Position numbers and translations under genes: made by a program
Shown: piece after piece, positions 9,432 through 17,811 of the stretch
Layout of the letters: the number at the start of each line of letters is the position of its first letter
How positions within the stretch are numbered: position 1 is the stretch's first letter
DNA from: an uncultured Actinomycetota bacterium
Lineage (GTDB): Bacteria > Actinomycetota > Actinomycetes > Streptosporangiales > Streptosporangiaceae
Direction: 5' to 3'
NCBI GenBank assembly: GCA_963712955.1
Contig: CAVQKF010000017.1
Location: 37,739-69,738, forward strand
DNA: 32,000 bases
Notes under the pieces: generated by a model
The model's database searches: none
Told to the model about the DNA's origin: nothing
Seen by the model: only the letters and a program-made list of their open reading frames with translations

Positions 9432-9601
9432 GGCTCAGCCACTCCCGCCCATCGCGCCTTAAGGTCGTCGTAGCCGGGGAAGCGGATCCCGGCGAAGTTG
9501 AGCACTTGATCTGTCTTCGATGTCAGGTCGATCCCCAGCCCAGTGACCTGAACCGGCCGGAAAACGTCCCGCGGGCGGCTATCCGCGCCGCGACGTTCGT
9601 C
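9428..9601 (-). pseudogene. start-less 3' remnant ORF, translationally coupled to the paralog gene
   Basis: A 57-codon open frame (...RPVQVTGLGIDLTSKTDQVLNFAGIRFPGYDDLKARWAGVAEP*) has good GC3 but no plausible start. It is bounded upstream by a stop next to an 11-bp tandem duplication. An adjacent frame reads ALELRVGETNVAARIAARGTFSG. Confidence 0.3.
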
Positions 9602-9972
9602 TCACCGACGCGCAACTCGAGGGCACCTCCCTCACACCTCCCTCACAGACGCGAATCTCGGGCCGAAGCCCAAAGTTGTGCCGACCGCCGTGCCACTCCG
9701 GGCTAATCGCACGCTAATTGCATGCGGATCTTGACCTACGGTGCGCGTCCGTTCATCTGCCACGGAGGCAGCTTGCCTGTTGTTCCCGGGTGGGTCGGCT
9801 CCTTGCGTCGCCGAATCTGGCCGCGGGCGCCTCTGTGATTGACGGCCGTTTGCGCTGATTGTTAGATTCCGTCGGAAGCGTCTCGTATCGCGGGACGGTC
9901 AGGTGAGCGTTATCGCGCGGGCCTGAGTGGGTACCGGGACTGGCGGCACGCGGGAACGGGAGGGGCTCGTAT

Positions 9973-11838
9973 ATGCGCACTGTCTGGTCATCACGGGGAT
10001 CTTTAGCAAGATTCGGGCCGGGGTCGCCAACGGGAGGATGGCGAAGGTGGCGTCTGCTGCTGGTGCCCGCGGTGGGCGTCGCGGTCATCTGCCAGCTGGG
10101 GATGGCGGGCACGGCCGCCCTGGCCTTGAGGACAGTGAAAGCTGCGGCCTCGAGCACTATCGCACCCAACCGAGTGAACGAGCTTGACTGCAACGGCTGG
10201 AGCGCGAAGTACGGCACGGTCAGGAAGCTCGCCAGCAACTGTACGGACCCGGTCAAGGTCGTCAGCGGGAAGCGCTTCCGCTTCATCGACAACGGCTGGT
10301 ACATCGGCCACGACGAGCCCAGCGTCAAGTTCATCTCCACTGCGCCGGGTTCTGGCAACACGATGACGTACCTGACGAAGCTCCCGGTGGACCCGCGCAA
10401 GTCCCCGACCGCGTCGGGCAGCGTCACCGACTACGCTGAGCTGTCTGTCGCGCCCTGGTTCGGGCTTCCCATCTGTGACTCTCTGTCCTTCCCGCAGGGC
10501 GCCTGTACGCCGGACAGTGACAGCAATGACCCGAATGCGGCTGGCTCCGCGTTCACGGAGCTGCAGCTGTATCCGCCGGGCTACACCCCGTTCCGCGAAT
10601 CCACCAGCTGCAGCGCGACCAGGTGGTGCGCCGCGTTGACCATCGACAGCCTGGCGTGCAACGCCACCGGCGCCTGCAACAACAACTGCACTGAGCCGGT
10701 CAACTTCGGCTACCTGCAGACGAACGGCGTCCCCGCCGGACCGCCGAACCCGCAGCAGGCCGACGTCAGCACGTTCACCCCGAACGGCAATACCCTGATG
10801 ATCAACTCGGGTGACACGCTCGCCGTCTCCATCTCGGACCCGCCGCAGGGGTTCACGACGGTAATCCGGGATTTAACTACCCATCAGACCGGGTTCATGA
10901 CGGCCAGCGCGGCGAACGGCTTCGCGGACACCAACATGAGCGACTGCTCTGGCGTTCCGCACACCTTCCACGCGGAGTACAGCACCGCGTCTGTTCAGAA
11001 TCAGGTCCCGTGGGCCGCGCTCGAGGGCGGCGTGCTGATGCAGCAGGAGATCGGTCACTCCGAGGTCTGCAACTCGGTGACGAACAAGGACCCGTTCTCG
11101 GTCTCCATCAATGGCCAGACATACAGTGACCCGAACGTCTTCGACACGTGCGTGGGCGGGTCGGAAGGCCCGACCGCCACAGGTGAGGGCCCGTGTAATC
11201 CGCAAACGGGCATCTGTCAGAACGCGGAGACACAAGGACCCACCGGACCGGTGGCGTGCCCGACCAACGAGGCGGCCAGCGGCGCGAACTGCGAGTTCGC
11301 CGACGGTTACTGCTTCCAGAAAGGCACCCGGACGGTCACGATCAACGGCGCGCCAGTGACGGAAGTATCGCAGGCCAACTGGTGCAACACCGGTCGGTAC
11401 CAGAATGGTGACCTGGACTTCGACGGTGTCGACTACGTGCCGAATACCTGGCCGAATGGCACCAGGGACCATCCGACATCGTTCGAGTACGCCGGACCGT
11501 TCCAGGCAAACGGGAGGCCATATCCGCAGATCCAGTTCGAGACCAACGTCGGCGGATCCTCGGCCCTGTGCGACACCGTGACCGGGGTGGGTTGCACCGT
11601 CGCGCCGATCGGCGCGAAGTTCTATCCGTTCTGGTCGCTCAGCCCGCATCGCGTCGCGCTCGGGTCGACCCAGACCTTGTGCGTGTGGAATTTCGGGAAC
11701 GAGTTGCCCAACACCTTGCGGAGCTTCGGGAAGGACGCTCAGTACGGCACTCCTGACGTGGCCCGGTTCGCCGGCACGATCATCAGCCCGGTAGAGCCCA
11801 ATCCCGAGTTCGCCCCACGCTGCGCGGGTCAGCTATAG
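9973..11838 (+). CDS. secreted cysteine-rich protein of unknown function
   Basis: Uninterrupted 621-aa ORF with high GC3. It has an N-terminal Arg-rich and hydrophobic segment (WRRWRLLLVPAVGVAVICQLGMAGTAALA). By my count 22 Cys follow that segment. It contains a YIGHDEPS motif. I recognise no named family, and the start codon is uncertain. Confidence 0.7.
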   Translation: MRTVWSSRGSLARFGPGSPTGGWRRWRLLLVPAVGVAVICQLGMAGTAALALRTVKAAASSTIAPNRVNELDCNGWSAKYGTVRKLASNCTDPVKVVSGKRFRFIDNGWYIGHDEPSVKFISTAPGSGNTMTYLTKLPVDPRKSPTASGSVTDYAELSVAPWFGLPICDSLSFPQGACTPDSDSNDPNAAGSAFTELQLYPPGYTPFRESTSCSATRWCAALTIDSLACNATGACNNNCTEPVNFGYLQTNGVPAGPPNPQQADVSTFTPNGNTLMINSGDTLAVSISDPPQGFTTVIRDLTTHQTGFMTASAANGFADTNMSDCSGVPHTFHAEYSTASVQNQVPWAALEGGVLMQQEIGHSEVCNSVTNKDPFSVSINGQTYSDPNVFDTCVGGSEGPTATGEGPCNPQTGICQNAETQGPTGPVACPTNEAASGANCEFADGYCFQKGTRTVTINGAPVTEVSQANWCNTGRYQNGDLDFDGVDYVPNTWPNGTRDHPTSFEYAGPFQANGRPYPQIQFETNVGGSSALCDTVTGVGCTVAPIGAKFYPFWSLSPHRVALGSTQTLCVWNFGNELPNTLRSFGKDAQYGTPDVARFAGTIISPVEPNPEFAPRCAGQL

Positions 11839-11841
11839 CAG

Positions 11842-12438
11842 CTAGCACCGAACCAGCGCGATGACCTGCAGCCAGCCGGGCATGGCACTCAACGGTACGA
11901 AGACGCAGGAGGTGAAGACGAGCAGGAACATGACCGGCACGCCTGCCGCCTGGGCCGCTTCCGGATCGCTGACTCGGCCGAGGGCCGCGAAGCCCCAGGA
12001 GATCGCGTACGCGAACGCGACCACTTGGCCGAGGGCGGCGAGCAGACCGCCTGCGCCGTTGGGGCTGCGGAACATGGCCGCGAAACCGACGCCGATCATG
12101 ACCGCGACGACTACCAGGTGGCGGGCCAGGTCGGCCATCGTCCGGCCGCCCAGCACCGCGATGCGGGCCATGGGCAGCGTGCGGAAGCGGACCAGGATGC
12201 CGGAACGAAGATCGGTAGACAGCCCTACCGCGGTGCCGATCGCGCCGAAGCAGACGGACTGCGCGAAGATGCCGGGCATCAGGTAATCGACGTAGTCCAC
12301 TCTGGGCACGTGGATCGCGCCGCCGAACGCGTAGCGGAACAGCAGCACGAAGATCACGGGCTGGACGGTGGCGAAGATCAGCGCCTGCGGGGTCCGGAGA
12401 GAGCGCTGAGCCGACGGCGAATGTCTCTCCGGGCACAA
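11842..12438 (-). pseudogene. ABC-2 type transporter permease fragment (DrrB-like), lacking both termini
   Basis: The core matches ABC-2 permeases (RTPQALIFATVQPVIFVLLFRYAFGGAI...YVDYLMPGIFAQSV.FG...GILVRFRTLPMARIAVLGGRT...MPGWLQ). The N-terminal ~25 aa and the C-terminal ~40 aa expected for the family are absent. The only start is a TTG. There is no partner ATPase gene. Confidence 0.65.
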
Positions 12439-12484
12439 ACCCGCAGCCTACCGCCAGGCCGCCCGCGATCGACGACGCTACGCG

Positions 12485-12518
12485 GCAGCCGTTTCGAATA
12501 ATGATCCTTAACGGCTGC
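12485..12518. repeat. 34-bp hairpin element GCAGCCGTT-N16-AACGGCTGC, copy B; candidate terminator of the PQQ-like gene
   Basis: Arms and spacing are identical to copy A at 7743-7776, and 21 of the first 22 nt of ATGATCC[A/T]TAACGGCTGCCGC are shared. It lies 20 nt downstream of the stop at 12538 on the minus strand. Confidence 0.6.
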
Positions 12519-12537
12519 CGCGGCTGCGTCACGGCCG

Positions 12538-14214
12538 TCAGCGAGGCGCGAATGCGTAGAGTTTGTCGTTGCCTCCGCAGGAGGTCACTGCGGGCGGGCA
12601 GCTTGCGACGTAGTATCCGGAACCCCAGTAGACGGTGCCGTTCACTACGGCCGCGCCGGATATGACTGCGCCGCCGCTGGCGAATCCCCACAGAATCCTC
12701 CCGGTGGCGGCGTCCAGAGCGTACATGTTCTGCCCGGTCCCCGCGTTCGACCCGGCGTACATCACGCCGTTCGCAGCGCTGACGAATCCGAGGTCCACGG
12801 CTGTCTGCGGGTCCGGGGTCTGCCAGATGATCCTGCCGGTGGCCGAGTCAAGCGCGGCCCACGAGCCGCCGGTGGCGGTCTGCCCGGCGTCGGGTCCCGA
12901 GCCGCCAAGCGTGTAGGGAAGGTGGAAGGCGTCGGCCTCGGCCACGTAGATGCGCCGTCCGTCGGTCGCCGGACCCCACTCGATCCCGCCAAGCGCGCTG
13001 CCGGGGCCGACCTGGGCGCTCCAGACGACCTTCCCGGTGCCGGGGTCGACGGCCCAGTAGAACCCGCTCTTCTGGCCGATGCCCAGGAGTTGCTCGGGCC
13101 GCCCGGTGACCGGGCTGGTCGTGGTGAACAGGTTCGGTGCCGAGCCGAAGTCGAAGTCAGGCCCGGTCGGAGCGGCGATCGTGAATTCGTCGCCGCTCAG
13201 CGTGCGGTCGGCCCAGACGATCGCGCCGGTTCTGAGGTTCAGCGCGAGGATCGAGTCGACGTAGTCGCCGGCCGCCGCCGGTGTGCAGCCGGTCTGGCCG
13301 GGCATCGTACAGACGCCCACGGGGACGGTGTAGTTGTTGCCGGTGCCGATGTAGAGGAGCCCGGGTGCCGGGTCCACGACCGGTGAGGAGCCCCACACCG
13401 CATTCCCGCTGTAGTAACCGGTGAGGTTGGTGTCGCTCCCGTTGTTGTTCGACGGCACCGTGTAGGTCTTCCAGAGGAGCCGGCCGGTCCTCGTGTTCAG
13501 TGCGACGATCGCACCGCGGAACACGCAGCACTGGTACCCGGGCTGGAGGGACAGGCCCTCCTCAGTGGAGGAGATGCCAAGGTAGGCGACGCCGGCGTGG
13601 ACGGCGGGCGAACTGGTGATGATGGACCCGGCGAAGCTGTCCACCTTTGTCGACCACAGCAGCCGGCCGGTCAGCCGGTTCACGGCGAACACGCGAGCGC
13701 CGCCGGTGCTGGGTCCCACCCCCCAGCCGTCGCCGGTGATGAGTTCGTCGCCGTACACGGCCGGGCTCGTCCGCGAGAGGTCACCAGCGACGCCGGTGTA
13801 GCTGGCGATCGGGTGGGACCACAGCACCCGGCCGCTGCTCTTGTCTACGGCCCAGAGCGTGCCGCCGCCGTCGGAGACATAGACCACGCCCGCGTAGACG
13901 GTCGGGGTGGCGGACACGTTCCCATTCGTGGTGAGCGTCCATTTCGGCGCGAGCCCGCTCACGTTGGCGGGGGAGATCTTGTGCTCTGCCGCCTGGAAGT
14001 GGGTGTCGCCCAGGTTCTGGCCCGCCACGGGCCATTGCCCTGCCGCGGCGGTGCCGGCAGCGGGAGCGGCGGCGTAGGCGGCGGCCCCCGTCGCTGCTGG
14101 CGCTCCCGCCGCGAAGACACCCGCCAAGATGGCGGTCGCGGCGGCCATTGTGGTCGCTACCCGGCGGGGCCGGGAGCGCATGAGGCGCCTTGCGCGCCGC
14201 ACGGTCGGTAACAT
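12538..14214 (-). CDS. secreted PQQ-like / BamB-type beta-propeller repeat protein
   Basis: The ATG at 14214 has GAAGGGA 6 nt upstream. It has an Arg-rich signal (MLPTVRRARRLMRSRPRRVATTMAAATAILAGVFAAGAPA). Repeats of the type G.V(Y/F)...DG.L.A+D..TG..LW occur throughout. Confidence 0.85.
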   Translation of the reverse strand: MLPTVRRARRLMRSRPRRVATTMAAATAILAGVFAAGAPAATGAAAYAAAPAAGTAAAGQWPVAGQNLGDTHFQAAEHKISPANVSGLAPKWTLTTNGNVSATPTVYAGVVYVSDGGGTLWAVDKSSGRVLWSHPIASYTGVAGDLSRTSPAVYGDELITGDGWGVGPSTGGARVFAVNRLTGRLLWSTKVDSFAGSIITSSPAVHAGVAYLGISSTEEGLSLQPGYQCCVFRGAIVALNTRTGRLLWKTYTVPSNNNGSDTNLTGYYSGNAVWGSSPVVDPAPGLLYIGTGNNYTVPVGVCTMPGQTGCTPAAAGDYVDSILALNLRTGAIVWADRTLSGDEFTIAAPTGPDFDFGSAPNLFTTTSPVTGRPEQLLGIGQKSGFYWAVDPGTGKVVWSAQVGPGSALGGIEWGPATDGRRIYVAEADAFHLPYTLGGSGPDAGQTATGGSWAALDSATGRIIWQTPDPQTAVDLGFVSAANGVMYAGSNAGTGQNMYALDAATGRILWGFASGGAVISGAAVVNGTVYWGSGYYVASCPPAVTSCGGNDKLYAFAPR

Positions 14215-14257
14215 ATGTGTTCCCTTCGTTGCTTCGTCGCTTGACGGTGGGCGTGAC

Positions 14258-14290
14258 CCGTCCGCCGCCTGCCGGCGGCCTGGCGGACGG
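14258..14290. terminator. GC-rich hairpin CCGTCCGCC-N15-GGCGGACGG between the lipoprotein gene and the PQQ-like gene
   Basis: Perfect 9-bp inverted repeat read directly. It lies ~70 nt downstream of the minus-strand stop at 14358. Confidence 0.35.
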
Positions 14291-14357
14291 ACGGGTGACG
14301 AGCGGGCCCTGTTTCCCAAAGCGGGCGGGCCGCGGTGTCAGCGATCCCTTCGCGGTG

Positions 14358-15335
14358 TCAGTGGGTTGTTCCGGTGAGGTCGACGGTCTTGAAGGTGCCG
14401 CCGAAGGCGGTGATCCCTTCGCCGAGGGTCTGGCCCGGCTGGTCGAAGGCGAAGAAGTAAGCGGGTGGCCGAAGTAGGTGACCTGGAAGGTGCCGTCGGG
14501 GCGGGTGATCGTGCCCAGGCCTGCCTGGCTGACGCCGGAGCCGGCGGTGGTCAGGCTGTCCGCGACCAGTACCGGGGGCCAGAAGCGGGCGCAGGTTCCT
14601 GTGCAGGCACTGGTGGTGGCGCTGTCCGCGCTGAACGCGTACACGGCGAACGGCCGGAAGGCGAACGGTGACGGCGGGTTGACCGCCAGCACGGTGCCCG
14701 GTGCGGCCGTCATGCTGGCGACCGGCAGCGGGCCGGGGTCGGCGATCCCGGAGCGGCCGAGCAGGTACCAGACGCCGTTGGCGAACTGGTCAACGAGGTA
14801 TTCCCGTTGGTCAGCCCGGACGGCGCGCCGGGGCCGAGGTCGAAGGCGAACCGATAGACCGGGTGGCCAAGGTAGGTCACCTGCCGGGTCCCGTCCGGGC
14901 GCAGCAGGATGCCCAGCCCTCTCCGGTTCACTCCTGGCCCGGCGGCCGCTTGCCGGCTGGTGAGCAGCGGTGGCCAGATCCCGGCGCAGGGCCCAGTGCA
15001 CTTGGCGGTGGTCGGCGTGTCGAACGTGAGGTTGTACAGCGACCGGTAGCCGTTCGCGACCGGGGCGGCGAGCACGGCCCCCACCGGGGAGTTCTCCAGG
15101 ATGGCCGTCGCCGCGCCGGGCGCCGGGATGCAACCACGGGTGTCCAGCTGCCAGATGGCGTTGAACGCGGCCGCGTTCTCGCCGCTGACCGCGCCAGGCG
15201 GCATGCTGGCGTCGCGGACGGCGACCGGGCATACGGCGCCCAGTAGGGCAATGCCGTGGCGCCGCGCGCGGCTAATCGCGGACGCTGGGACAAACGGCTG
15301 ATCTGGGCCGTGAACGCGAGGGGTGGAACGCGCAT
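14358..15335 (-). pseudogene. secreted/lipoprotein with four Yx(FWY)xxD repeats (COG4315/PF03640-like), three frameshifts
   Basis: The ATG at 15335 has GGAGG 6 nt upstream. Four repeats (LYNLTFD, VYRFAFD, VYAFSAD, and LYFFAFD after correction), each with C.G.CA..WPP and RPDGT.QVTY.GHP, are spread over three frames. Junctions lie at ~15270-15290, ~14800-14806 (ggg run) and ~14455-14460 (aa run). Confidence 0.65.
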
Positions 15336-15453
15336 GGGTTGCCTCCGATACCGGTAGCAGAACTGCCTGGCCACAGCATTCACAATCATTTCATCGTCAG
15401 GGCGTTGCGCCTGGTCCATCCAGGGCGGTTTGGTGATGACGCTGACGTCTCGG

Positions 15454-16137
15454 GGCACTGTTGCGTTGCGTCATCCCTGTGCGCGTCAGGGCATGATCAC
15501 TCGAATGCCGCGCTGGTCATATGGTGATTGCCAGGTCGTCGAAGGCGATGCGGAGCCGGTGGCGGTCCGGGGCGTCGGTGGCGATGTCGTAGTGGTCGCG
15601 GCGCAGATTCTGCACGAGGGCGTGACCGGCGGCGAGGGTCCGCGCCGAGCGATGCCGTTTCAGGCCCCGCATCGGCCGGAGCCGGGCCTTCAGCCGTCCG
15701 TGATCTGCTTCGATCGGGTTGTTCGCGTATTGCTCGACGGTGTGCATCGCCGGGAGACCAGCTCGTCGAGGACCCGCGGGGTAGAAGGGCGCGCGGCCGG
15801 TAGTGACCTCGACCGGGACCGGGCCCGCGCGCAGCGCCCGGGTGAAGAAGCGCCGCGGCCGCCAGGTCACGCCTCCTCGACAGCAGAACATCTATGACCT
15901 GGCCATGCTGATCGGCCGCCCGGTAGAGGTAGGTCCACTTACCGCGACCTTCAGGTAGGTCTCGCCGACGAACCACCGGTCACCAGGAGCATGCCGGCAT
16001 GGCCTCGCAGCCTCGATGAACTCCGGGGTGCTGCTACGGCGAGGAGGTCCCGCAGGGGAGCCTCCTCGCCGTAACAGGGATGCTGTGGGACGGGTGTCCG
16101 GACGATCACGCGACCCCGGACGTCCGTCGCTGTTCAT
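15454..16137 (-). mobile_element. IS6-family insertion sequence remnant: one terminal inverted repeat plus a heavily degraded transposase gene
   Basis: GGCACTGTTGCGTT at 15454-15467 matches the IS26/IS6100-type terminal repeat GGCACTGTTGCAAA in its first 11 nt. Transposase pieces are spread over several frames with at least three frameshifts: GDRWFVGETYLKV / GKWTYLYRAADQHGQVIDVLLSRRRD / RRFFTRAL...VEVTT / YPRVLDELV / QYANNPIEADHGRLKARLRPMRGLK. The N-terminal HTH part is partly deleted. No second IR was found. Confidence 0.75.
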
Positions 16138-16229
16138 CTAGTCAAAGTGGTCCAGCCGGGCATGCTGGCTGTGCCTGGGGCTGGGGCCTGCGTATCCGGC
16201 TGCGGCGGTGCTGGTGCGGCCGGGATGGG

Positions 16230-17497
16230 TCAGGGCAGTGTCCACAGGGCCACCGTGTCGCCGGTGACGGGCGCTCCGGCCACGGCGCGCCCGCCGGGGG
16301 AGAACGCGACGGGCCCGGAGCCGATGCTGTGGCCGGTGATGGTGGTGATCCGGGTGACCCTGCCGGGGCCGGTCACGTTCCATCGGGTCACGGTGCTGTT
16401 GCCCGCGATGGTGGTCAGCGCGTGCCCGCCGGCGGAGAACGCGAGCGCGACGTCAGGAAAACCTCCCTGCCGAGCGGGCGGCGCCGGGACGGTGAGGCGG
16501 AGCGTGGCGGTGATGGCCGGCTAGCCGGCCCGGCAACGTTCCACAAGGCCACGGCGCCGTTGTTGCTCGCGCTTGCCAGCAGGTGCCCGTCCGGGGAGAA
16601 CGACAGCGCGGCAATGCCGCCGGCCTGGCGGGTGAGCGTGGCGATGCGGGCGACGCGGGCCGGGTCGGCGGCGTTCCACAAGGCCACCGTGCCGCCGTCG
16701 CTCGCGCTGGCCAGCAGGTGCCCGCCGGGGGAGAACGACAGCGCGGCAATGCGGCCGGCCTGGCGGGTGAGCGTGGCGATGCGGGCGACGCGGGCCGGGT
16801 CGGCGGCGTTCCACAAGGCCACCGTGCCGTCGTCGTAGCCACTGGCCAGGGTGCGCCCGTCCGGGGAGAACGCGACCGCACCCACCCCGGCGGGGCCAGC
16901 TGGCAGGACGGTGATCTGGGCGGGCCGGCCCGGGTGGTGGGCCACGTTCCACAAGATCACGGTCTTGCCGCCGGCGGTGGCCAGGACGCGCCCGTCCGGC
17001 GTGAACGCCGGATCTGTCCCGCTGACGGTGTCCCCCCTGGAGTAGCCGAGCCGCTCGGGACGGGCCAGGTCTGCGGCATTCCATATCTCCAGGCTGGTGC
17101 TGATCGTGGCCACGGTGCGCCCGTCCGGCGAGACCGCCACCCCGAACACTCCCTGGCTCAGCGGCGGCGGCGGCCCGTCATTGCCCAAATTGTCCTGCCA
17201 GACCACGATGCCCGCGAGCAAGACGAGCACCATGAGGCCCGCGATAACGAAACCGGCGGCGGCAAAGGCGTTCTTATGCAGGCGGATCACGGGGAGCCTT
17301 TCGGTCCGGCAGGCCGGGTCCAGGTGCGCGCCGAGGGCACTGGCGGCCAGGTTGAGCACGGTCCGCGCGCCCGCGCGGTGCTGGTCCAGGACATCGAGCA
17401 GTTCCTCGCCGTAGCGCTGCCGCCAGCGGCGCGGGTAGCAGCCGGCCAGCGCGCGGGACAGCCGGGCGGCCAGCGTGCGCCCCATCAGATGCCTCAC
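16230..17497 (-). pseudogene. membrane-anchored WD40 repeat protein with an N-terminal PadR-partner helical domain; one frameshift
   Basis: The ATG at 17497 overlaps the PadR stop (ATGA). An N-terminal helical segment is followed by one TM helix (AAAGFVIAGLMVLVLLAGIVVW), then WD-type repeats (AFSPDGRTLASG..DGTVALWN). The repeats continue in another frame after ~16517-16528 (ITATLRL...ALAFSAGGHALTT..GNSTVTRWNV...VAFSPGGRAVAG...TVALWTLP*), down to the stop at 16230. Confidence 0.7.
16575..16844. repeat. two tandem near-identical 135-bp units (a 45-aa WD repeat duplication)
   Basis: 16575-16709 and 16710-16844 share a ~100-bp core with a single mismatch. Both encode GTVALWNAADPARVARIATLTRQAG.IAALSFSP.GHLLASAS. 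Confidence 0.85.
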
Positions 17498-17811
17498 GCG
17501 GTCGCGCTGCGCAGCCGGCCGACGCGCACGATCTGCTGCATCGTGGCCAGCTGCTCGGCCAGCACCTCCTGGCCGGCGCCGGTGATCTCATACGGGCGGC
17601 GGCGCTCCTGGGTGGCCAGCGGCCGCACCCAGCCGCGCCGCTCCAGCCGCGGCAGCGCGCCGTACAAGGTGCCGGGCTCCATGCTGACGCCGCTGAAGGC
17701 GGCGACGTCCGTCATGATCGCATAACCGTGCTTGGGGCCGCCGGCCAGGCTCGTCAAGATCAGCACCGACGGGTCCGCGAACCGGCCGAGGCCATCGAAC
17801 TTGCCGTGCAC
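17494..17811 (-). CDS. PadR family transcriptional regulator
   Basis: 105 aa with the typical PadR winged-helix pattern (LILTSLAGGPKHGYAIMTDV...S.EPGTLYGALPRLERRGWV......RRRPYEITGAG). GTG start; operonic overlap with the WD40 gene. Confidence 0.9.
   Translation of the reverse strand: MHGKFDGLGRFADPSVLILTSLAGGPKHGYAIMTDVAAFSGVSMEPGTLYGALPRLERRGWVRPLATQERRRPYEITGAGQEVLAEQLATMQQIVRVGRLRSATA

Noticed and set aside
9624-9645. 11-bp tandem duplication CACCTCCCTCA x2 (GGGAGG twice on the minus strand), considered as a regulatory or ribosome-binding feature.
   Set aside because: No start codon follows at a sensible distance on the minus strand. It is more simply a slippage duplication or scar at the 5' break of the orphan gene tail. 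It is mentioned under the paralog finding instead.
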